NCBI RefSeq assembly: GCF_006345805.1 | Contig: NC_043011.1 | Location: forward strand, 25,680,464 to 25,744,463 | Length of the DNA stretch: 64,000 nt | Direction: 5' to 3' | Source: Octopus sinensis | Taxonomy: Eukaryota | Shown here: positions 54,335-64,000 of the stretch, piece by piece | Position numbering within the stretch: position 1 is the stretch's first letter | Layout: each line of letters begins with the position of its first letter | The notes under the pieces: model-generated | Told to the model about the DNA's origin: nothing | The model's input: only the letters and a program-made list of their open reading frames with translations | The model's database searches: none | Translations under genes and position numbers: made by a program

Positions 54335-54733
54335 TCTTTATATATAAAAGTGAAGTTGTGTGTCTGTCTCCTACGATTTAGATTCCTAACTACTCCCACA
54401 TTTTGCGGTGCAGTTTAACCAAAAGCGGGTATCTTATAGTCGTGATTTATATCGAGCCCTTCTGGGTATTAGTGCGCGTCTACGATGAGTGTACGATTTA
54501 AAAAAAAATTTACCATAATTTTTTTTCCATTTTAATGCATTTTTTCGCTATTATATAAGGGAAGCAACTCTCTAAAAATGTCTACGATGAGTCAACGATT
54601 TTTAAAAAAATTTACCATAATTTTTTTTCCATTTTTAATGCCTTTTTTTGCTATATTTTGGCTATAGCTCTCTAAAAACGCTTATATAGTTATTTCCCTT
54701 ACAAACCCGAGCAACGCCGGGAGATACTGCTAG
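54335..54733 (+). mobile_element. Complete non-autonomous Helitron
   Basis: A|TC 5' end, subterminal hairpin CCCGAGCAACGCCGGG, CTAG|T 3' end, no TSD. Confidence 0.88.
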
Positions 54734-55949
54734 TTTATCATAAAATACTGATTGAGAGAATATTCAATGATATCTGACTTTAATCTTGGCTAAGAAAGAG
54801 CACGTGAGTGGCAGTAATTTCTGACAAAGAGAAGATTCTTAAGGGGAGACTACTGTGCCCGACTTGATGTCAGGCAAAATTCAATGTCTGGATTAAATTT
54901 TAGCTTAGTGTTCTCGGTGAGTTGCTACCCTTTGTGTCATATCGTGCACGTAAGAACGCATTTTAGTTTAGATGATTTTATTTGACTTGTTATTTGGGGG
55001 ACAAAATTTTGTTTAAATCTCAGTATGATTTTACGTGACTGATTTCTTGTCATCCCATGAGTTAGCTGAACGTTCAGCCAGTTTGCTGTCCTAAATCCAA
55101 TGGTACAAAAATAAATTTAAAGGCTTAAAGCTTGTATTTCTTTGCAGGACGATGTGAGCAAAATGTTTTCTTCCTTCTGGTTCATGATGTAGCCGTACAG
55201 AGTCAAAATCTTGCACATAGTTGATAGTGACTACTGCAGCAGTTGAATTATTTTGCCTTTGCTACAATATTTCATTTTATGCTAGAGTTGCTTTCCCGTT
55301 TCCTCTCTTTTAAGAACTAAATATATTTTGAAAGGGCTGTAACATTACTCCTAATTCTTTATTTAAAGGAATTCGCGTGTTGTGCGTATTTAGCTTTAAA
55401 TTATTCTAGGTTGACCCATGGTAAGTTTTTACTGCACAAGTTATTAGTTCTACGTATGCTCTGTATATCATTACTTTTGTCTAACATTTTCCAATGAAAA
55501 ACACCTAGTTGCCTTTCTGCAGCTTTTTGGGGGTGGTTTGTTTGTGTTGTTCCAAGATTCTTTTAATTGGATTTAAAGATTTGTGATAGTAGAGATAGTG
55601 ATTGACAATGTTCAGATTTTGTATTGCTTCTAGGAAATATACTGCCTTCAGATTTGTAATTTTTATCCAAATTCCTTAAAAGTACTGTAATAGTATCTTT
55701 CTGACTCCATCCCATGACCATTCATGTTACGGCATGTCAGGCACCTCTATAGCCTTGTTTGTTGCTCTTGTCCTGGTATTCATGAGTAACTACGAATAGA
55801 GATTTAGGATTATACATCGTACATAAAAAAAAAAATACCTCAGAAAGAACAAAACAAAAACAAAACAAACAAGTAGAGCTAAATCCAACATAGAACCTTA
55901 CAGGGATGACGAACCTGCTGGTAACGGACATAACGTGAATTAGTATGAC

Positions 55950-56620
55950 ATCACAGCTAACTTGAAGAGTATCATCAAGTGTGAAAAATGCCCTTCCCAA
56001 CTTGTATTCAATGTAGATGAAATAGGTCTTCTCTGGAAAAGCAATCCCATATTTCCATATATCGAGAAGACCAAAAGTATCTTTTTTTAGCACTGCTACT
56101 TGATGATAATACTTCGAAAGACTTCGAACTGAAGTCAATGATTGTCTATTATTCAGAAACAACACAACCGATGAAAGGAACATCAAAAATGCTTTTACTT
56201 GTCATCTGGAAATTAAGTAAAATGTCCTAAGTGACAATAAAAAATGACAACATATTGGCTCGTACTTTTGTCCAGCAGTGAAACGATATTGCGAAGAACA
56301 TAATCTTAAACGTGTGGCAGTTTTGGTGACTGACAATGTTCCAGGTCAGCATTATAATTACTATATTCTTAGGACTCGTATTTTTTTTTTCGAAGCAATC
56401 TACCAACCATGAACCACCGCTTTCTGCACCAACGCAGGAATTAGAGTGTAATGTCTAATATCATGGCCTTCTACTTTCATTGCAATTTTAAACAGTTTGT
56501 TAAAGAAACAGATGGCCAAGGTAAATGAAATAACAGGAACTACCATGCTGTGAAATATCAAAGCAGGTTGGAATGAAATCCCTGAGAGCTGCATGAACAG
56601 AGTTTGGGATAAATTGCGAC
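55950..56620 (+). mobile_element. Tigger/pogo transposase remnant
   Basis: Frameshifted VFNVDEIGLLWK..P and [13 protein letters not shown]...VLVTDNVPG motifs. Confidence 0.7.
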
Positions 56621-57489
56621 CCTATAACCAAAAGCATGTAGACGTCTTGGAATTTTACGAAGAAATAGTTCCAACTGGTATTAATGACATCGCGGACCTG
56701 ACCTGAGAAAGGAGAATACCAGTATCGCAGCTAGAGTGAGTGCTGCCTGGGACAGCCCTTGAATTTGCCTTCCTTGCTACCCACCTCTATACAGCTTATA
56801 CAGCAGACCCCAAAATGTCACTACCCCAACCAAAAGTGTTGCCCGTGGCGGACCGTCCCTATCGTCCCATATAGCTATGTTACTAGAGAATACAAAGTCA
56901 ATAAAGAGTTTATATGATGAAGGGTTGTAAGAGATAGCACAGAAACGAATTCACGCGCGCTCTCATACATATATGCTGTATACTTTGCCCGATTCATGGT
57001 GGGGGTACAGTTTTTTATGTGTGAAAATCGAAGTTGGGCATGTGAAAAACTGGTTTAGAAACACTGATCTGGGCCCTCGTCCCAGCTACAGCATCATCTG
57101 TCCTATTTTACACTCCTGCTTTTAATTGAATTAATAGCGAATAGGTCTGTCTGTGTAGACTTAGGTCTGTCGTAAGCTCTTGATCTCATCAGACAGGAGA
57201 TTAACCAGCTTTCTAGTTATTGAGAATATGACACTGTATTTCCACTGTTTAAAAAAAAGAAGAAATAAAACAGATGAAATGCTCACTGAAGGCACGCCTT
57301 TGATTATCACTGGTAATGTTTATCGTGGCAAAAATTAAACAAATTGTAACACACACGCACACACAATCAATGGAACACATTTTTTAGAAAAAGTTCGAAA
57401 CCCACTGAGGACCCACACCTCAAAGGCCCATTTAGGGGTTGTCGTTCGATTGTTACCGAGCCCTGACTTTACACTAAATCTTTGTATAA

Positions 57490-57750
57490 TAATCCTTTCT
57501 ACTATAGGCACAACGCCTGAACATTTGTAAAATGTAATAATGGTTTCATATTTTGGAACAAAACCAGCAATTTCGGGGGAGGCGGTAAGCCGATTATATC
57601 AATCCCAGTGTCCAACTGCTGCTTATTTTGTCGACCCGAATGGACAAAAGGCAAAGTCGACCTCGGCGGAAATTGAACTCAGAAGTACAGACGGACGAAA
57701 TACTGTTAAACATTTTGTCCGGCGTGCTAACAATTCTAACTTGCCGCCTT
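57490..57750 (-). mobile_element. SINE family C copy (CpG-retaining)
   Basis: gcaaagtcgacctcggcggaaattgaactcagaa. Confidence 0.85.
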
Positions 57751-57769
57751 AAAAATCTTCATTTAGTAA

Positions 57770-58760
57770 TCTATTATATAAAATCCGTTCTGTGTGTGTG
57801 TGTGTGTGTGTCTTCTAGGATCTCGGGCATCCTCCATCCGATTGCGCTCAAATTTTATATGTAGATACCGACGGTATCAGGGCGTGCATAAGTCTTGAAA
57901 AATTACAAAGATCGATTCCAGGTGAGAATGCGATCGATAAAGCCGTGGGAACGTGCATTTGTACGCGCAAGTACATCAGCTGTTGCGATCGATACTACGC
58001 GTACGCGAGAAAAATGCACGTGCAGTTTGTGCAAAAAAAGCTGGCTGGCTTGAAATAATGCCACAAAATGCAGTATATAGTTTTTTGCATATTTGTGTGA
58101 ATAAAATCGTTTTTCTTTGGAATAGAAAAAAAGTCTATCTTTATTTCTTCTTTTGCTGGTGTCTCAAATTTAGGTTAAATCAGTGTTTCTCAAAGGGGAG
58201 GCCTATGGGACGGTCGGACAAGTTGTTTTGAGAAAATTTGGTTTAAATGTTTGACAACTCAGCACCGACCATTGGACGGGAGGGGGGTGCGTTTTGCTCG
58301 TAACTGACATAAATGTTGGTGAGCTGATTTCTTCAGTCATGCTTTACATTATATAGAGAATGAGAGAGTGAGTGGGAGAGGGAGGAAGAGTTAGCATAAG
58401 AGGTGCAGTATTAGTGCATATATTAGGTTTGGTGGCGGGCACTGAGTAAAGGAACGTTACACACACATAGTGAGAGAGAAAGAATTATAATGACTGAGGA
58501 AGAAAAGGAGATAGAGGAAGTAAACGGCAGTAATTAAGGGAGAAGTTATACAAATGAGAAATTTGTCTTGTTTAATTTTATTCTAAGGTAATAATCATTT
58601 TTCTATCGAAAACTTGTATTCATTTCATTATTTTGTGTAAGCTCCAGGAAATTTGATAAAAGTTGAATTATAATTTTAATGTATGTATGCTATATTTCCT
58701 GATGTTGACAACAGTTTTTTTAAAATTTCATTTTAAGACAAATATTTTTCGTTTGAAAAT
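57770..58760 (+). mobile_element. Helitron-like element, 5' part
   Basis: A|TCTATTATATAAAT 5' end followed by (GT)n and ccgattgcgctcaaatttt, typical of non-autonomous Helitrons. The 3' end is not seen and the extent is uncertain. Confidence 0.5.
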
Positions 58761-58767
58761 TACAATA

Positions 58768-59174
58768 GGCGCAGGAGTGGCTGTGTGGTAAGTAGCTTGT
58801 TTACCAGCCACATGGTTCCGGGTTCAGTCCCACTGCGTGGCACCTTGGGCAAGTGTCTTCTACTATAGCCTCGGGCCGACCAAAGCCTTGTGAGTGGATT
58901 TGGTAGACGGAAACTGAAAGAAGCTCGTCGTATATATGTATATATACATATATATGTGTGTGTGTGTTTGTGTTAGTGTGTTTGTCCCCCTAGCATTGCT
59001 TGACAACCGATGCTGGTGTGTTTATGTCCCCGTTACTTAGCGGTTCGGCAAAAGAGACCGATGGAATAAGTACTGGGCTTACAAAAGAATAAGTCCCGGG
59101 GTCGAGTTGCTCGACTAAAGGCGGTGCTCCAGCATGGCCGCAGTCAAATGATTGAAACAAGTAAAAGAGTAAAG
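58768..59174 (+). mobile_element. SINE family A, young full-length copy
   Basis: Near-consensus, CpGs intact. Confidence 0.93.
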
Positions 59175-59189
59175 AGCAATTCATTTCAT

Positions 59190-59880
59190 TTTGTATCATC
59201 ATCTTTTGCACATGTCCAGCCTACTGTTGGACGAAGACCTCAGCATGTTCTCTCCATCAACCACGGTCTGATGTTTTCTCCATCCATGCTTGGATGCCGA
59301 AAAATTTAAGGAAGTCTTCATTCCATTTTCTGCCTAGTCTTCCCCTCATTTTTTCTGGACGTGGTGTCCACTTTGTCGATTTGTTATTCCATCCATTCTC
59401 TCATCTTCTGAACACATGTCCCACGAAAGACCATTTCAAAGTTTTATTTTCCAGATAATATTCGTTAAATCTGTTGTCACTCTTATCCTCTTTCTTTCTC
59501 CACTTATCCATTTTGTTAATCCTCAGCATTCTACTTTCCAAGGCTCTTTGTATTGCTCTTAATTTATTTTCAATGCTCTTGTTGGTAGCCCACGCACTGG
59601 TTGAAGACCTTTCTTTTTGGACACACGGGCACCAAAAAACTTGACAAAATTAAAATTATAATTATTGTATGAATGCCATATTTCCTGATATTACCCACAA
59701 TGGCAAAAGTGTACTTCAAAGTGACCCGTCAAATGATGTGGTGTCCACTTTGTCGATTTGTTATTCCATCCATTCTCTCATCTTCTGAACACATGTCCCA
59801 CGAAAGACCATTTCAGAGTTTTATTTTCCAGATAATATTCGTTAAATCTGTTGTCACTCTTATCCTCTTTCTTTCTCCAC
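59190..59880 (-). mobile_element. RTE LINE 3' fragment with a ~145-bp internal duplication
   Basis: Minus strand reads W.F.GHVFR...W....W.PR..K.RGR...W. 59364-59505 recurs at ~59738-59880. Confidence 0.7.
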
Positions 59881-60607
59881 TTTCTTTCTCTACAATATTT
59901 GTAGCGGTTCTTTGTTGCTATGGACGCAACGTGGTCGAATAGTTTAAGAACTTCCTTTCGTAATCACGAGATCCCGAATTCCATCTCGCTGCATGGCGTC
60001 TTGCGCAAGTCACAAGTGTCGACCCAAGCCTTGTGAGTGAACAACCGGGTGGACGGAAATAATGCGGAAGGAAGCCCGTCAAAGACACAATTTTTCTCCC
60101 CAGATATATCTTTCAAAATAAATAAATAAATAAATAAATAAATAAATAGAAGAAATCTCACCAGGCCCTAAATGTTAAGTTGGGGCCTCCCACACGTTTT
60201 AATGCATAAAAACTTTTTTCCTGAGTATGCACGCTGAACTTGTAGTGCATCTTACATGTCCAAGATTCTTTTATACCATCAAATGAAGTATACCAAACAC
60301 TGCTATGGGGAACAGAACAGCGTAGTTCTCAATCTAGACAATGATACTGATTATATGGGGCACTGGATCTGTGGATCGCCTTGTGAGTTGTTCGACCGAC
60401 AGTTTAAGCCTATGGGTATATATTTAGATTATTGATCTGCGCCATCAGAAATAGCCAGGAGCAACAGGATAATAATAATGTCAAACTGGATCGTAGAAAA
60501 TACAAAGCGGTTCTTTGTTGCTATGGACGCAACGTGGTCGAATGGTTTAAGAACTTCCTTTCGTAATCACGAGATCCCGAATTCCATCTCGCTGCATGGC
60601 GTCTTGC

Positions 60608-61036
60608 GGCGATCTTTCGTCTCTAGTAGACCTTTCCGTCGATTTCCGTAAAAAATTTTTTTTTTCACATATGGGCTTGCGGGAACTTTTGAAGTAATAT
60701 ACATACATATACACATACACCGAGTAAAAAATTTCAGTTATCTCTTTCTTTCAACATTACTCTCTCTGTCTCTTCACACACACTAACAGAAGCACTTCAC
60801 TTACACAACATACTGTCTGTCTCCCACACCCATCAAACCACACACACACACACCACACATGTACATCAATGCTTCCCATGCACGGTAACTTCAAAAGAAT
60901 TTCTTTCGTCATACAATCGCTTTCTCTTAGTCTCTTTCGCTCTCATTACTTCAAAAGTTCCCGCAAGCCCATATGTAAAAAAAAAAAATTTTTTACGGAA
61001 ATCGACGGAAAGGTCTACTAGAGACGAAACATTGCC
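60608..61036. mobile_element. Merlin-like MITE with ~90-bp TIRs and an 8-bp TSD
   Basis: TIRs GGCGATCTTTCGTCTCTAGTAGACC.. / ..GGTCTACTAGAGACGAAACATTGCC; TSD CGTCTTGC at 60600-60607 and 61037-61044. Confidence 0.88.
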
Positions 61037-61364
61037 CGTCTTGCGCAAGTCGCAAGTGTCGACCCAAGCCTTGTGAATGAACAATCGGGTGGACGGAAAT
61101 AATGCGGAAAGAAGCCCGTCAAATGCATTGTTACTGCAATTCTCAAAGAGCCGGTTTTGTTGCATTCATTGTCATTGTCATGCCGATTCTTCCTTTCCTG
61201 AAGAATCGTAGACGTGTCCGTGATTAGATGGTTCACTGTCAGTGGAATATCTATATCGAACAGTAATTGAATAAGCATCGACGAAACCGACGGATATCCA
61301 ATTACTGTTGCCACAGTTGCTGCTTGTTTTAGCCTCACGTACTTCAACTTCAATCGAGAATCAG

Positions 61365-61398
<34 letters not shown>

Positions 61399-61751
61399 TA
61401 ATAATAAATGGTGGAGTGTGTGGCTCGGAAGAGAGAGATTTAGCTGTTCTTTCTAGCGTTTTAACGATCACGTAAGAAGCTCGCTACGTCGTTTGCCAGT
61501 GTTGTAATAGAAATTGCCGCGAATGATACGCTTACATATATATTTGTGTGCGTGTATATGTGTGTGTGCACGCGCGCGTGTATATATATATATATATGTA
61601 TGTATAAGCATATATATGTGTGTGTGTGTGTGTATACATATATATATATATGTATATAGATATCTATTATGTGTGTTGTGTATGTATATATAGTATGTGT
61701 GTATGTAGTATGTATGTATGTATGTATGTATGTATGTATGTATGTAGTATG

Positions 61752-61791
<40 letters not shown>

Positions 61792-61867
61792 GTTTATGTT
61801 TGTTTATGTTTTCCAGTTTCAGCTCTTGAGCTGTGGCCATGCTGGGGCACCGCCATTAAATAATTCG

Positions 61868-61928
61868 CCTCCCGGCGGGGAATCGAAACCCGGTCTCCCG
61901 CGTGAAGGCGGGGATACTTACCACTATA
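61868..61928 (-). pseudogene. tRNA-Asp(GTC) pseudogene, 5'-truncated, 1-nt anticodon-loop deletion
   Basis: Reverse complement TATAGTGGTAAGTATCCCCGCCT-TCACGCGGGAGACCGGGTTTCGATTCCCCGCCGGGAGG versus metazoan tRNA-Asp ...CCCGCCTGTCACGCGGG... Confidence 0.85.
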
Positions 61929-61936
61929 TAGGTATG

Positions 61937-62044
<108 letters not shown>

Positions 62045-62492
62045 CACACACACACACACACACGCAATTTCTGAGTGTGAGGTTTGGGAAATTGTTAGAT
62101 CGTTCCATTCTGTCTCCGACTATTTTCGCCCATAGCAACAACAATAACAACAAGTAGTAATAGCAGTCATATCGGTACAATGGTGGAAGGAACGAACGAG
62201 GAGGTGTAGGAAGAGAAGGGGGAAAGGAAAGAGAGTGAGTGAGTGAGTAAGAGTAAGAGACTCAGAGAGAGAGAGAGAGAGGGAGAGAGTGTGTGTGTAT
62301 GGAAGAGAGAGAGACAGACAGAGAGAATGTGTGTGTGTGTGTGTGTAAGAGAGAGAATGAGACAGACTCGGAAAATGAATGAGAAAGATTATAGACTCAC
62401 AAATGAGACTACGTTGAAACTACGATACATATAGACTGATGTATATATATATATGTGCATGAGTGTGTGTGTGTGTGTGTATATATGTATAC

Positions 62493-62908
62493 TCTTTTAC
62501 TCTTTTACTTGTTTCAGTCATTTGACTGCGGCCATGCTGGAGCACTGCCTTTAGTCGAGCAAATCGACCCCGGGACTTATTCTTTGTAAGCCCAGTACTT
62601 ATTCTATCGGTCTCTTTTTTTTTTGCCGAACCGCTAGGTGACGGGGACGTAAACACACCAGCATCGGTTGTCAAGCAATGCTAGGGGGACAAACACAGAC
62701 ACACAAACACACATACATACACACATATATATATATACATATATACGACAGGCTTCTTTCAGTTTCCGTCTACCAAATCCACTCACAAGGCATTGGTCGG
62801 CCCGGGGCTATAGCAGAAGACACTTGCCCAAGATGCCACGCAGTGGGACTGAACCCGGAACCATGTAGTTGGTTAGCAAGCTACTTACCACACAGCCACT
62901 CCTGCGCC
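62493..62908 (-). mobile_element. SINE family A, young full-length copy
   Basis: Reverse complement of 58768-59174. Confidence 0.93.
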
Positions 62909-62944
62909 TATGTATATATACTTTATTATTATTAAAGCTGAAAA

Positions 62945-63080
62945 AACATCACAAAAACATCACAAAAAAACTGCTACTCAGAGTTTCACGTTCCCGTTCG
63001 ACGGACAGGTTCGACTGTCCGACGAACAACAACGTGAAACTCCGAGGAGCAGTTTTTGTGTGATATTCTTTTGATATTTA
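62945..63080. repeat. Inverted repeat of two hammerhead-like (Penelope pLTR) motifs
   Basis: Right arm CTGT-CCGACGA-ACAACAACGT-GAAA-CTCCGAG-GA-GCAG; left arm reverse complement CTGT-CCGTCGA-ACGGGAACGT-GAAA-CTCTGAG-TA-GCAG. Confidence 0.65.
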
Positions 63081-63207
63081 TGTGATATTTTTGTGAGATT
63101 TTTGCGATATTTTAGCAGCTTTGATAATAGTAAAGCATATTACTCTACCTCCGGTATTCGAATACTATTTTTTCCCACCTTGTTTCACACTCATGTGCTT
63201 ACTTTGG

Positions 63208-63263
63208 TATGTATGTATGTATGTATGTATGTATGTATGTATGTATGTATGTATGTATGTATG

Positions 63264-63304
<41 letters not shown>

Positions 63305-63508
63305 GTATATGGATATATATATATATATATGTATATGTATATATATATATATGTGTATATGTATATATATATATATATAAGGTATATGTATATATATATA
63401 TATATGTATATATATGTATATATATATGTATATATATATGTATATATATATATGTAATATATATATATATATGTATAATATATATAGTATATATATATGT
63501 ATATATTG

Positions 63509-63539
<31 letters not shown>

Positions 63540-63642
63540 GATATGTATATATATGTTAATATATATATATGTATATATATATAGGTATATATCTATATAT
63601 ACATATGTATATATAGTATATATATATGTATATATTATAGTA

Positions 63643-63683
<41 letters not shown>

Positions 63684-63733
63684 GATCTGTGTATATATAT
63701 ATATATGTATCTATATATATATGTATCTATATA

Positions 63734-63776
<43 letters not shown>

Positions 63777-63879
63777 GTATATATATATCTATATATATAT
63801 TTGTATTATATATATATATGTATATATATATATATGTATATATGTATATATATGTATATATATAGTATATATATATATG

Positions 63880-63929
<50 letters not shown>

Positions 63930-63958
63930 CAAAATAAGAAAATGGAGAAATACATTAT

Positions 63959-63992
<34 letters not shown>

Positions 63993-63995
63993 CAT
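63208..63995. repeat. (ATGT)n/(TA)n microsatellite block
   Basis: Directly visible. Confidence 0.95.
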
Positions 63996-64000
63996 GATAG

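Noticed and set aside
54740-55900. Possible decayed minus-strand retroelement
   Set aside because: Could not recover diagnostic motifs by eye.

Overview
AT-rich, microsatellite-laden animal genomic DNA. The SINE families, RTE tails and (TA)n/(TG)n/(AAT)n tracts strongly resemble an Octopus (cephalopod) genome; this is recognition, not a database search. No long intact protein-coding gene is present, and almost all ORFs in the track are microsatellite artefacts. Decayed mobile elements dominate 1-19.5 kb and 43-64 kb: tRNA-derived SINEs, RTE LINEs, mariner/Tc1/Tigger remnants, piggyBac- and Merlin-like MITEs, Helitrons, and Penelope-like elements with minimal hammerhead ribozymes, often as inverted pairs. 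An R4/Dong-type LINE remnant lies at ~29.4-30.4 kb. The best novel signal is in the TE-poor block at ~19.8-43 kb: six stem-loops 1.6-3.0 kb apart (23879-35699) whose stems are mostly unrelated in sequence but all cap the same loop, GUAUGAC(N). G-U wobbles favour the + strand. They lie downstream of a candidate terminal exon (acceptor at 19769, TAA TAG at 19780-19785), so they may be a repeated cis-regulatory RNA element in a very long 3' UTR. A pre-miRNA-like hairpin (25593-25660) and a CpG-depletion boundary near 52 kb are also noted.
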